A stretch of DNA of 64,000 nucleotides from a virus (Duplodnaviria; Caudoviricetes), in the IMG/VR virus record IMGVR_UViG_3300015607_003363, positions 32,001 through 96,000 of that record, one strand, 5' to 3'. Of this stretch, positions 38,151 to 47,997 are shown in pieces. The position numbers were made by a program, and so were the translations under genes. The notes beneath the pieces were generated by a model. That model was not told the DNA's origin. It ran no database searches and saw only the letters and a list, made by a program, of their open reading frames with translations. The stretch's first letter is position 1, and every line of letters starts with the position of its first letter.

Positions 38151-39408
38151 AGAATTTGGCGACTATGAAGAAGTGGCTTTGGTTTCGTTATTCATAGACT
38201 ATCCAGAAGTGTATCAGGGCGTATACGAATATATCAAGCCAGAGACGATGTCGAAACCGGAAGTCTCTTATATTCTTGCTATTCTGAATGAAGAACAGAT
38301 AAAACACGGTCAGATTCCAACTAGGGCTTTACTAAGAGACAGAATTATCAGAACATTGACTGCCGATGATGTTCACCAACAAGTCCTTGATATCATCGAT
38401 ACGCCAGTCAATGAACGTGACGTTGCCTCTCTGAGAGACAGAATTTTTTCGTGGTCTAAGAACAAGGCCTATGGTCAGCTTTATGCTCCAGAGACGATTC
38501 AGGCTTATCAGGCTGGTGAATTGGATAAAATAGCGAAAATCGTAGACGATGCTAACAAGATAACTAATGTCACTTCAGAGCCACTATGGGTGTTGGATAG
38601 AGCAGAAGATATCATAAAACCTCAAGCTATAGAGAAATTACAGACTGGCAATCCAAGACTGGATTTGGTTCTTAATGACGGTGGGCCTTCTCCCGGTGAA
38701 GTCCTTTGTTATATGGCACCACCTAATGTCGGTAAATCGGCTGTTCTGGTCAATTCTGCTGTGAATTCGACCATGCTCGGATATAACACGCTGATGTTTG
38801 CTTTGGAAATGACTGATATCAAGACCGCCATTCGAACTCTGGGAGCGATGACTGAAATACCGACTCGTGAATTAGGTTATAGGCAAGAGGAAGTATTGAG
38901 CCAGATCAACTTGATCAAGGCCGGTTTAAAGTCGAAGCTGGGCATCTTTGAAACTGGTGAGATAAGCACGTCACATATCAGGCATCTAGTGAATTATTTA
39001 AAACGAACAAAGAACTTCGTGCCGAAAGTTATAGTCATAGATTACCTTGAGCTAATGATTAGCACCGATCCTTATGCTAATCGTGACGAATATCAGAGGC
39101 AGAAGCGGGTTGCAAAGGAACTTCTAGATCTAGCCAAAGAATTACGGGTTCTGATCTATACGGCTTCACAAGGCAATCGTGGGTCTACTAAACTAGAGAC
39201 TCGCACCATGGAAGACATGGCAGAAAGCTTTGGTAAGAATATGCCATTGACTTATATCGTGACCTTGAATCAGACTGATGTGGAATACGCACAAACACCA
39301 CCACATATCAGATTGTTTGTGGCCAAGAATCGTGAAGGTCCGAAGAACATCACTATTTCATGTACTATGGATTATACTATGATGAAAATGAAGGAAATCA
39401 TGACGTAG
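38125..39408 (+). CDS. dnaB: DnaB/gp41-like replicative helicase
   Basis: APPNVGKS, FALEM, VIDYLEL, TASQGNR, AESFGK, KNREG. Confidence 0.92.
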   Translation: MTMSQQQVKEFGDYEEVALVSLFIDYPEVYQGVYEYIKPETMSKPEVSYILAILNEEQIKHGQIPTRALLRDRIIRTLTADDVHQQVLDIIDTPVNERDVASLRDRIFSWSKNKAYGQLYAPETIQAYQAGELDKIAKIVDDANKITNVTSEPLWVLDRAEDIIKPQAIEKLQTGNPRLDLVLNDGGPSPGEVLCYMAPPNVGKSAVLVNSAVNSTMLGYNTLMFALEMTDIKTAIRTLGAMTEIPTRELGYRQEEVLSQINLIKAGLKSKLGIFETGEISTSHIRHLVNYLKRTKNFVPKVIVIDYLELMISTDPYANRDEYQRQKRVAKELLDLAKELRVLIYTASQGNRGSTKLETRTMEDMAESFGKNMPLTYIVTLNQTDVEYAQTPPHIRLFVAKNREGPKNITISCTMDYTMMKMKEIMT

Positions 39409-39452
39409 TACATAGTGCAGTCCATTAATTCCAAATCCGAGACGGTGATCTG

Positions 39453-39866
39453 ATGAGTGCGAAAATTCCTATGGCAAAGTCGGTTGGTGCCGGTGAACCC
39501 GGAAATGCCTTCACCAACTACTCTGCTCTTGGACAAGCCGCTGGTGAAGTTGACTATAGCAAGATTCCTCATGTCGCGACTCGTTTAAATTGGCTGATAG
39601 TGGTGCCTTTTAGATCACAGAAGCCATCTACGATAGCCTTACCAGATCAGACTGTAGAAAAAGGCGACAGCTATCTAGTAGTCGGGTCTAATCCGTCGAT
39701 CGATGTTCATGTTGGCGATATTGTCAAGATCGTTGAGACTTCCAAGAGAAAAATTCCTCTTGAAACCGATTTGGCTAGTCGCTTCCAGAATCAGATTGCG
39801 TTTGCTGTTCCGGCAGATTCGATAATTTGGGTTCTTAGTGATGAGCTTGCTAAACTAGTGGTGTAA
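39453..39866 (+). CDS. GroES/gp31-like co-chaperonin
   Basis: WLIVVP...STIALPDQTVEK...VVG...VHVGDIV matches the GroES mobile-loop pattern. Confidence 0.5.
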   Translation: MSAKIPMAKSVGAGEPGNAFTNYSALGQAAGEVDYSKIPHVATRLNWLIVVPFRSQKPSTIALPDQTVEKGDSYLVVGSNPSIDVHVGDIVKIVETSKRKIPLETDLASRFQNQIAFAVPADSIIWVLSDELAKLVV

Positions 39867-39867
39867 A

Positions 39868-40290
39868 ATGCCGATTTATAATTATATCTGCCTGTCCTGT
39901 GAGAGTGCCTTTAAGAAGGCACATAAGCGTGAGCCTGATCAGGATAATGAGGACGAAATGGCTTTGGTTGTTTATGGGACTAAACATCCTATGAATCCAA
40001 CGCCAGAAGACCTCAAAGAGGCGCTGGTTTGTCCGCGATGCCAGAGTGGCAAGGCAGTTAGGACATTTTATGGTTCTAACATCGTCTGCTATACGAAATG
40101 GAGAGGTTGGAAAGACAAGTCCGGTGTTAAACGTGATATTGACATGCATAGATTGGCTAATAATGAGGACCCATATGCGCAATATCGTGTGCCCGGTGAA
40201 GTAGAGCATTTGAAAAAGAAAATCAAGAATAGTGGTAAAAGAAATCCTAAAACGAGGTATTACACTAGCAAGAAGAAGAGTGATAAATAG
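39868..40290 (+). CDS. FmdB-family zinc ribbon protein
   Basis: MPIYNYICLSC...CPRC. Confidence 0.7.
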   Translation: MPIYNYICLSCESAFKKAHKREPDQDNEDEMALVVYGTKHPMNPTPEDLKEALVCPRCQSGKAVRTFYGSNIVCYTKWRGWKDKSGVKRDIDMHRLANNEDPYAQYRVPGEVEHLKKKIKNSGKRNPKTRYYTSKKKSDK

Positions 40291-40299
40291 GATGAAAAT

Positions 40300-41478
40300 G
40301 TGCAGTGCATCAGAGTCATTCCGATAATTGCGGATAATATAGTCCAAAAGATACACATTCTGACTAGGGACAGGCGAATAGATTTTAATGTCTTTGCTCG
40401 TGGTTACAAGACTACAATTTATGATGCAGAAAAGGCCATTAAGAAAGTTATATCTGTCATTGAATCAGCTGTGGCCGGTGGATGCCAGCTAGTATTCTAT
40501 AACTGGCGAGGGTGGCTTAGGGCCACTCGGAAGTATGCTAATTCCAGTTTCTGGCATAACCATAGCGTCTTTGATACCGTCGAACGGTTTGATGAATCGG
40601 ATGTTGAAGCTTTAATTCAGCATGTTTCTTCTATAGATCCCAAGCCATGGATGAACGTTTACGCCAATGCAGCCATTGCCTATGAGCGGTTAGAACAATC
40701 GCCTATATTAGTTGATGGTTTCAGATATTCGTCTGTGTGGGATTACGATTCATATTCAGGACGTTCGAAGTCGCACAATCGACCGCTACAGAATCTGGAA
40801 GACGGCGTGTTTCTGGCTGATCCCAATAATATCACTAGAACGAAAATCATAACTGTTGACTGGAAGGCGGCTGATTTAATCATCGCCGCTTATTTGTCTG
40901 GCGACTCCGAGTTAGTTAAGAGAATATCTGAGACTGATATTTATACAGAACCTGAATTCGCAGGTATAGCCGAGACAAGGCAGGGTGTTAAAACGGCCAT
41001 TCTGTCAGCGTTATATAAGGCTGATAGCGATGCTTTAGCTGCGTTGTCTTTTAAGCTGGCGGAATGGGTGCAACGCCAGATGACCTTGGTGAAAGAAAAC
41101 GCTAAAATTGAGTCCTGTTTTGGGCGTGTGTTTCATAAGCATGCCGGTCGATCCGAGTTGTCTATTTTTAACGCACAGATACAGGGCTGCATAGCTTTGG
41201 CTATGATGAATAGTGTGCCTAAGGTTCAGATGGTTAGTGGTTCATCTATGCTCTTTGAGACACATGATGCTATAACTGTGGCAGCTTCGCCCGATATGGC
41301 TGCGCAGGTGTTAAAGAATATATGCAAAATCATGTATACGCCATTCGGTGATCTTATGACTATTAATGGGATGGATGTTATTATGCCGGTATCATTTATG
41401 TGTGGTGATAGATATGGTTCAAAAACAGCCAGCGGCACTTTCGATGATGGCAAAATCAAATTGAAGAAGATACCATGA
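40300..41478 (+). CDS. minimal, divergent family A DNA polymerase-like protein
   Basis: SGR; motif A VDWKAADL; motif B RQGVKTAILSALY; NAQIQG; motif C THDAI; no exonuclease or thumb recognised. Confidence 0.7.
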   Translation: MQCIRVIPIIADNIVQKIHILTRDRRIDFNVFARGYKTTIYDAEKAIKKVISVIESAVAGGCQLVFYNWRGWLRATRKYANSSFWHNHSVFDTVERFDESDVEALIQHVSSIDPKPWMNVYANAAIAYERLEQSPILVDGFRYSSVWDYDSYSGRSKSHNRPLQNLEDGVFLADPNNITRTKIITVDWKAADLIIAAYLSGDSELVKRISETDIYTEPEFAGIAETRQGVKTAILSALYKADSDALAALSFKLAEWVQRQMTLVKENAKIESCFGRVFHKHAGRSELSIFNAQIQGCIALAMMNSVPKVQMVSGSSMLFETHDAITVAASPDMAAQVLKNICKIMYTPFGDLMTINGMDVIMPVSFMCGDRYGSKTASGTFDDGKIKLKKIP

Positions 41479-41960
41479 CACCAGCCAATCCTTCCGTTCT
41501 TGATGAGAGACTAGCCAATTTGATTTTTAAAATCAAATGCACTCTGTCTACGGGTGATAAGATTGAAGTAGATGCCAGAGCACAACTGGCTATTGATTAT
41601 GAAAATGTCTTAGGTGAATTGATGTCCTGTGTGACAGTATATTCTGAGTGGGCGAATTTGTATGCTGAGGCTAAGTTTGTATTTGATTCTGTTGATTCGG
41701 CTGTGGAAGCCAGACGTGGAGTTATCTTGAATGAGTTGCTTGATTCATTCAGCGAGGGTGAGAAAAAGGTCAAATTGACTGATAAAATATTGACGCATAT
41801 GATTAATGCCGATGAACAATTGACTAAGCTGATTCATAAGCGTAATCTGGCGAATAGAGCAGTTATAAAATTATATCACACTACTAAAGCTTTGGAGCAT
41901 AAGATTGAAGTCTGTAGGTCTATCGCCGGATTCAAGAAGAAGGCTCAGGAAATTGTATAG
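41475..41960 (+). CDS. UvsY-like recombination mediator
   Basis: Helical protein, KLTDKIL..MINAD..L pattern, position next to the SSB gene. Confidence 0.55.
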   Translation: MTPANPSVLDERLANLIFKIKCTLSTGDKIEVDARAQLAIDYENVLGELMSCVTVYSEWANLYAEAKFVFDSVDSAVEARRGVILNELLDSFSEGEKKVKLTDKILTHMINADEQLTKLIHKRNLANRAVIKLYHTTKALEHKIEVCRSIAGFKKKAQEIV

Positions 41961-42079
41961 AATATATTGCGATATTGATTGGAAATGTATTATAAGATGG
42001 ATATTGGGCGTTTTTTGCCACTCGTGCCTTTTGGCTTAACGGCGTTTCCTGTGCCCGAAATATCCATGAGAGGTGTAGT

Positions 42080-43264
42080 ATGACTACTAGTAGACGTGTC
42101 TACAATAAGGATGAGGCTCTCGCCCGTCTGAAGAAGCTGAAATCAGCTACCAATGTCGATCCTGACCGGTTTGTTCCGGGCAAGGCAACAGCCACAAAGA
42201 CATACAAATATGTCTTTCTCATTCTCGCACCGCTCGAAGAAGGCGATGCTTGCTATGATTCCAAGACCAAGACTGCTGGCGGCAAGATCGCCACTATTGG
42301 TATGGATGGCAATTTCACCATCAAGAGTGGAGTCCACTGGTATTCGTCTCGACCATATGGCTGTCCACGCATTCAGCTGAATGAAGATTGCAAGCTGTGC
42401 GATGAGGGATTTGAATTGCTTAAGCAATATCCCAAAGATGGCACTGAAGAAAACAAGAAGATCAGAAGTGCCATTGGCAAGAATTATCTCGGAAAAGAGC
42501 AGTTCTTCGCGAACATCTATTTTCCGATTGAATTCGCCAAATACAATCCGCCAGAACTAACTGGCCGGGTGATGTTTGCCGAGCTTCCACAGGCAGCTTT
42601 GACACGTTGCGAGGAGGTTCTTGACAGCGATCCGGAACTGAAGGGTAAGGCAGCTGGTATCTTCTTTGATCCGACTTGTTCTTATCCTTTCGAAATGGTT
42701 GTGAAGCTGGTGAACGGCTACAACAACTATGAAAGCTCTTCATTCCTTAGCAGCCCCATGCCACTGGCTGCAACTGATGAAGAAATCGATGAGATCCTGT
42801 CGCGTCGTCATTACCTGTATGAAAAGATCGAGCCAGTAAAGCCTAGCGAGATCTTGAGAATCAGGGATGCATTGCTGGCTAGTACGACCGATTCCGCTTC
42901 CGATACCGGAGCCAGCAGCGAGACTTCTCTGATCAGTGAGCAGACACAGGTTGTGGAGGCTGCGGAAACAGTCGTGGAAGAATCAGAACCAGAGCCAGCA
43001 CCGGCACCAGTACCGGTCAAACAGCCAGCTGGTCTGCCTTCTGCTAAGGCTCCTACTGCTGCACCTGCCGCTTCAAAAGCACCTGCCCCTGCTCCGGCAG
43101 CGAAAACTGCTGTAGCCCAGAAGCCGACACAGCCTGCCAAGCCAGCACAGGTCGCTAAGCCAGCGCAAGCTGTCAAGCCTGTGTCAAAGCCAGCTGTTCA
43201 GGCTCCTGTTACAGATGACGATGAACAACAACTCACTAGCATCTTACAGGGATTAGATGAGTAA
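42080..43264 (+). CDS. gp32-like single-stranded DNA-binding protein
   Basis: HW...CP...CKLC Zn site, FFDP...F, NYESSSF, Ala/Pro/Lys linker and acidic tail. Confidence 0.72.
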   Translation: MTTSRRVYNKDEALARLKKLKSATNVDPDRFVPGKATATKTYKYVFLILAPLEEGDACYDSKTKTAGGKIATIGMDGNFTIKSGVHWYSSRPYGCPRIQLNEDCKLCDEGFELLKQYPKDGTEENKKIRSAIGKNYLGKEQFFANIYFPIEFAKYNPPELTGRVMFAELPQAALTRCEEVLDSDPELKGKAAGIFFDPTCSYPFEMVVKLVNGYNNYESSSFLSSPMPLAATDEEIDEILSRRHYLYEKIEPVKPSEILRIRDALLASTTDSASDTGASSETSLISEQTQVVEAAETVVEESEPEPAPAPVPVKQPAGLPSAKAPTAAPAASKAPAPAPAAKTAVAQKPTQPAKPAQVAKPAQAVKPVSKPAVQAPVTDDDEQQLTSILQGLDE

Positions 43265-44150
43265 GGCTAAATTGTCAGTTGATGAACTGAAACAGGTCGC
43301 CTCTGGCTATGCCGGGGCGACCTTAGTTATTGATGGCAAGAATCTAGCCCATAGGTCTGCTCACGCTGTCAAGGACGATGCCTCTATTGCATTTAATAGA
43401 GCAGTTCAATCATTATGCTTTATGATTAACACTTTCAATCCAGCTAGGGTGGTCATAGCATGGGACGATACAACAGAGAATCTGTGGCGTACGGCGATCT
43501 ATTCAGCCTATAAGGAAAGACGCAAGTCTGATGAAGTCCATAAGGCCATTATTCATAAGATACAAGACATCCTGATTCATACGGCAGAGCATTTTGGAAT
43601 TCATTCTCTTTGGGTGTCTACTCAAGAGGCTGATGATCTGATAGCCGCTATCTGCAATTGCTCCACTAACAATGTCGTGATAGCCAGCAATGATGGCGAT
43701 TTGAGACAACTGTTGACCATTGATGGCGTTGTGATTTATGATCCTCTGAACAGACGGATCATAGACCAAGAGTATGTTGGGCGTTTCGCTCTGGAGAATC
43801 ATGTCAAATTGAGAGCGTTAGAAGGTGATAGCTCTGATAATATTATTGGCTATATGGGCATCGGCCCTGTCAATGCCGCTAAAATTATCAGAGAGAATAC
43901 GCTCGATAGCTTTCTGGAGTCAGTTGGTCGCGAGAAATACGATTTAAATGTGCAGCTGATCGATTTGATGAATTCGCCTTATATAAATGGCAATATTGAT
44001 ATAGTTCAGAATGAGTTGAGCAGAGAATTGAAATTTGATATTGCCAGTGCCGTAAAAATAGCTATAGCCAAACGTGCAGGTTCATATATTAATTGGACCA
44101 GAGATTTATCGCAGGCTATGAGGAGGGTTAGACAATGGCGACTAGAGTAG
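43257..44150 (+). CDS. 5'-3' exonuclease / flap endonuclease (T4 RNase H-like)
   Basis: IDGKN, AWD, WR..Y..YK..R, EADDLIA, SNDGDL.QL, GDSSDNIIG..GIG. Confidence 0.92.
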   Translation: MSKAKLSVDELKQVASGYAGATLVIDGKNLAHRSAHAVKDDASIAFNRAVQSLCFMINTFNPARVVIAWDDTTENLWRTAIYSAYKERRKSDEVHKAIIHKIQDILIHTAEHFGIHSLWVSTQEADDLIAAICNCSTNNVVIASNDGDLRQLLTIDGVVIYDPLNRRIIDQEYVGRFALENHVKLRALEGDSSDNIIGYMGIGPVNAAKIIRENTLDSFLESVGREKYDLNVQLIDLMNSPYINGNIDIVQNELSRELKFDIASAVKIAIAKRAGSYINWTRDLSQAMRRVRQWRLE

Positions 44151-44386
44151 CTTATATTTCACCAATGATGATTGCCAGTGATGGATCGGTCATTGATCGA
44201 ACTAACAAAACGACGACTTATAATGATGTGATGGCTAATGTAGCCACCGAAATGCGTATTGTAGCCGATCCTAATAATTCTAACTCATTAAGCAATCCGA
44301 CCATCGATAGTTATATACAAGCGGAAGCAACTGCAGGACGTTTGCCTGTTACGCTTACTAACACGATGATAATCACATCTACATGA
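44135..44386 (+). CDS. hypothetical protein
   Basis: Operonic ORF. Confidence 0.5.
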   Translation: MATRVAYISPMMIASDGSVIDRTNKTTTYNDVMANVATEMRIVADPNNSNSLSNPTIDSYIQAEATAGRLPVTLTNTMIITST

Positions 44387-45054
44387 TCAATATTCATCCG
44401 CTTCCCGGTTTCACTTCTGATCTGATGCCGATTGTACCACCGCCACACAAGGGCTGGTGGCAGGACAATGTAAAAACTAGAAATCACGCTCAGCACTGCT
44501 TGCCTCTTGCCATGGCCAATAGCCTTGGATATTATATTCTGTCACCGGTTACGTTTTCAGTCGAATGGAATGGTGATATTCAGGCTGATGCTGTAGTAAA
44601 GACACTGACCGACACCAACGGATTCATAACGGCTGACGCTCATGCGACTCATGGTGGTTTTACTATTCAACCCGGTTTCATAGCCACTACGGATGTGCCG
44701 GGCGATTTCATTATGATAAAGAACCTTCCGAATGAGCGGTTTCAGTTCTTTACGTGCATGGAAGCACTGATAGAGGGGTGGTGGAGTAAGGCTAGGTTCG
44801 GTCTTGTGTGTCTAATGACTAGGCCGGGCAAGTTTTTGATTAATCGTGGCGATCCTGTTGCTCAGTTATGTGTTTACAGGCAGGAAGCTGCATTGCATGA
44901 TATTGTTATGAAGGATATGCCTCCAGAATACACACAATGGGAAGAAAAACGGAAGAACACCGAATATAAGAAGCTTTTCGATTATTTCAAAGGATTGCAT
45001 CCAGACGGTACGCCAGAACCAACGCATGTCCAATATTGGCCAAAAAGGAAATAA
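44383..45054 (+). CDS. DUF6065-like protein
   Basis: HAQHCLPLAMANSLGY.ILSP..F...WNG, PN, LIEGWW, GDPVAQ. Confidence 0.65.
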   Translation: MINIHPLPGFTSDLMPIVPPPHKGWWQDNVKTRNHAQHCLPLAMANSLGYYILSPVTFSVEWNGDIQADAVVKTLTDTNGFITADAHATHGGFTIQPGFIATTDVPGDFIMIKNLPNERFQFFTCMEALIEGWWSKARFGLVCLMTRPGKFLINRGDPVAQLCVYRQEAALHDIVMKDMPPEYTQWEEKRKNTEYKKLFDYFKGLHPDGTPEPTHVQYWPKRK

Positions 45055-45850
45055 CGAGATGTCTCTATTAGCTGAGTGGATAAACCCTAAATATCTATCG
45101 CAGGATGGGATTTTCGACATACGCGAGTCCATCAAGGCTAAACCTGACATTAAGTATTGTGTTTTAGATGATTTCTTCCTACCGCATAAAATCGAGGAGA
45201 TGGTAAAGCATCATGCTACCTTGACTTTTAGTGAAGCTGCTGATAGAACTAGCGGTATTGAAATTCTTCCATATGATGGCGCTGTCAAGTGGGCGGATCA
45301 GACTGATGTCGGGCATCAGTTCTATTTTTCCGAGGAGACACAGGTCTATTTCTGCCATCTTCTGAATAAATTCAGGCCACAGAATGTCGGTATAGAGTTG
45401 AAATTGCGATGGCATAAACCATATGCTAATGGATTTTGGATTCATAGCGATTCGGTCTGGCGTTCGGTTGTAGCTATTGTTTACTTCAACAAACATTGGT
45501 CTGCATCACACGGTGGTCTGTTGCAGCTTTGGCGACCTGATGAATCTTCTTCGCCTCTGGCAGTTGAGATTAATGGTGTCAAGCCAGATCAGCGGCTTGA
45601 TTGTCTGGTGGGACCAAGGAGGATCAGAACTGACACGCCGGGCGGCGGATGGCCCAAGGAATGGACATACCAGTCTAGGGACATGATTTTAGTTGATCAG
45701 ATAGTTCCTGCTTATAATAGATTGTTTCTTTGCGATCTTGATGCTAATCCGACTTTCCATTCAGTTACGCCTAGTCTTGGTCGTGAACGCACTGGATTTG
45801 TTTACTGGTTAAATAATAAATCGCATCCATCCTTAAGAGATAGAAAATGA
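45026..45850 (+). CDS. 2OG-Fe(II) oxygenase (prolyl-hydroxylase-like)
   Basis: WIHSD (HxD), YFN..W...GGLLQLW, PAYNRL, FHSV, R. Confidence 0.82.
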   Translation: MSNIGQKGNNEMSLLAEWINPKYLSQDGIFDIRESIKAKPDIKYCVLDDFFLPHKIEEMVKHHATLTFSEAADRTSGIEILPYDGAVKWADQTDVGHQFYFSEETQVYFCHLLNKFRPQNVGIELKLRWHKPYANGFWIHSDSVWRSVVAIVYFNKHWSASHGGLLQLWRPDESSSPLAVEINGVKPDQRLDCLVGPRRIRTDTPGGGWPKEWTYQSRDMILVDQIVPAYNRLFLCDLDANPTFHSVTPSLGRERTGFVYWLNNKSHPSLRDRK

Positions 45851-46395
45851 GTGCTAGTAATGTTCGTCGTGGTAAGGCTTATGAGCGTAAAATAGTCAAC
45901 GCATTGAATGGTATTTCGCAGCATTTCAAGTATAGGCGGCGAATAGTCACAGGGCATTCTGCGTCTATTGTTGATGTCGAATCGGTTGGTGATATTATTT
46001 CTATAAATGGCAAATTACGTTTTGTACTTGAAATGAAAAATCAGGCAGGATTTAGTCTGGAAGCCATTTTAAATCTTGGAGACAAATCCAAATTCTTTTC
46101 TTGGTGGACTCAATGTCTGCGTGATGTCGGCATAGCCAAGAATCCAGATTTAGAACCTATGGTCTTCTTTACTAGTCGCACTACGAATATGGTAGCTATG
46201 TCCTATGAGGGTTTTTCGCGTCTTTTTCTTCAGCCTGTGCCGCATCTAATTATTGGGTCTGGTGTTTTTTCTAGCTATGGTAAACCAATAATAATAGTGA
46301 CCTTGAATGAGTTTTTAAGTAAATGTGATGTAGATGCTTTGTGTGTTCAATCTGATGGTGATGCATGTGTTGCAACAATGCCCCAAGGACAATAG
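45847..46395 (+). CDS. Hjc-type PD-(D/E)xK Holliday junction resolvase
   Basis: RGKAYER, GDII, LEMKN, WWTQC..D. Confidence 0.75.
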   Translation: MSASNVRRGKAYERKIVNALNGISQHFKYRRRIVTGHSASIVDVESVGDIISINGKLRFVLEMKNQAGFSLEAILNLGDKSKFFSWWTQCLRDVGIAKNPDLEPMVFFTSRTTNMVAMSYEGFSRLFLQPVPHLIIGSGVFSSYGKPIIIVTLNEFLSKCDVDALCVQSDGDACVATMPQGQ

Positions 46396-46508
46396 TTGTT
46401 AAGCCCGTTAACAGGGTCAGTAAGGCAGTACCGCAATCTGTCGCCGTTCGTAGGACTACGAACAAATCCAGAGCTAATAAACACCTTATAGACAGGCATA
46501 GATCATAA
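46365..46508 (+). CDS. small basic protein starting MCC (47 aa)
   Basis: My translation MCCNNAPRTIVVKPVNRVSK...RHRS; its stop overlaps the next ATG (TAATG). Confidence 0.5.
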   Translation: MCCNNAPRTIVVKPVNRVSKAVPQSVAVRRTTNKSRANKHLIDRHRS

Positions 46509-46699
46509 TGTGCTGCGGAAAGCCAGCTAGACCTGTGAGATCGAGGGCGGTCAAAAAGGCTCCCAAGAAGGCCACTGTGTCTAAATCATCGAGTTTGAGC
46601 ATTACCAGTCAGAAATGCAAATGGTGCGATTTGCGAGTATATATTGTATACACTTCTAATATGGAACGTCTACAATGCTCGAAATGTGGATTGCAGTAA
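46508..46699 (+). CDS. small basic Zn-ribbon protein starting MCC
   Basis: MCCGK...CKWC...CSKC. Confidence 0.55.
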   Translation: MCCGKPARPVRSRAVKKAPKKATVSKSSSLSITSQKCKWCDLRVYIVYTSNMERLQCSKCGLQ

Positions 46700-47166
46700 A
46701 GATTCTGCTGTGCATCATTGCCGTTGAATCGCTTGTTGAGTTGATAACCGATTCAAGATTGATGAAAGGCGCACGCAGGCTTATAAAGTCCAGTTATAGG
46801 AATATCAGTTATACAGTAGCGGCGTTGCCTATGGGAGTTAGAGGCGATGAGTCTTTCATTCTTTCTGCTATAAAGACGATTCTCTATTTTCCTTATTGGT
46901 GGGTTAAATGCGGTTACTGTTGTAGCTATATTGTTTCATTATGTGTTGTATCTATTGTCGATTTGAAACTTGAGATTGTTAATTCTACGTTATTGAATTT
47001 GGCTTTTCAGACTGTTATACTAGGAAGGCTATCCAATTGGCTCCATGATTTATTGCAAGTTGTGCTGCGTGGACGAGTGAAGTACGTAGATTTGACGACC
47101 CATATAGTTTTTGATGGCGAACAGGACAATGCTGGCACAAAATCCATCCAGACCGGAGAATCATAA
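46675..47166 (+). CDS. DUF1360-like membrane protein
   Basis: ELITDS, CGYCCSY, transmembrane segments. Confidence 0.55.
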   Translation: MLEMWIAVKILLCIIAVESLVELITDSRLMKGARRLIKSSYRNISYTVAALPMGVRGDESFILSAIKTILYFPYWWVKCGYCCSYIVSLCVVSIVDLKLEIVNSTLLNLAFQTVILGRLSNWLHDLLQVVLRGRVKYVDLTTHIVFDGEQDNAGTKSIQTGES

Positions 47167-47674
47167 GAACAGCTCTATGCTTGATGACGAGGCTGCTCGT
47201 AGGCAGAAAGCAGAGGAGAACAAGCGGAAATTCAATCTGGACAGAAAGTCAAGATTTAAACCGCCAGTTGTTAGAGATATCAATGATATAAAGCGAATCT
47301 TGCATGATTTGGGAACTGGAATGCCCGGTTCTAACATCAGTGCTGTTGTGGATATTGTTGATGATGATGGCAAATCGGCTAAGGTCAAAGTGGCCAGTAC
47401 ATCACCCAACAAGACCAGATATGCAATGATCAGAGACGGTCTGGCGATTTTCAAGAATAGATTTGATGTTAACAAGGCTGATTCTGAATTGGTCATTAAT
47501 AAGAAAAAGATGAAGCAGCCTGCTATTATGGGTAATCCTACACACTCATGGATTGATTCTGTCATTGAAAGATGGACCGGGGGTAAAAGAAGTGGTTTTT
47601 TAATTATGTGGGAAATAGGTTCCCGTAAGTATTATTTTGACATCTTTGAGATGAAATTGTTTGGAGATGAATGA
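47111..47674 (+). CDS. hypothetical protein
   Basis: Operonic ORF. Confidence 0.55.
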   Translation: MMANRTMLAQNPSRPENHKNSSMLDDEAARRQKAEENKRKFNLDRKSRFKPPVVRDINDIKRILHDLGTGMPGSNISAVVDIVDDDGKSAKVKVASTSPNKTRYAMIRDGLAIFKNRFDVNKADSELVINKKKMKQPAIMGNPTHSWIDSVIERWTGGKRSGFLIMWEIGSRKYYFDIFEMKLFGDE

Positions 47675-47997
47675 TGCCTGAGATACAACCGAATCGCGAT
47701 GCAACACTTGATCTTATTAGATATAAGAATATCACTGAGTATATACCAGTCATAGGCGATTTAGTGATCCATGTAGGATGGTTCAGAACGAAATTCGGTG
47801 TCATATCTGGTATCTCTGGCCATACTATTTCGATTATTTATTCTGGTACCTTCTTCTCCTTATGCAACATGTTACAGTCTGACATGCCTAAAAACACGAT
47901 CCAGATGCATGTTGGAGACATGGTAAGATCAAGAGTCGGTGAGTATACTGTGCTTAGCGTTGATCCGGAGACTGGAATCCAAGTCACTTACGTTTAG
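47671..47997 (+). CDS. hypothetical protein
   Basis: Operonic ORF. Confidence 0.5.
   Translation: MMPEIQPNRDATLDLIRYKNITEYIPVIGDLVIHVGWFRTKFGVISGISGHTISIIYSGTFFSLCNMLQSDMPKNTIQMHVGDMVRSRVGEYTVLSVDPETGIQVTYV

Noticed and set aside
42990-43200. DNA tandem repeat in the SSB gene
   Set aside because: It only encodes a degenerate Pro/Ala/Lys linker (KPAQ repeats).
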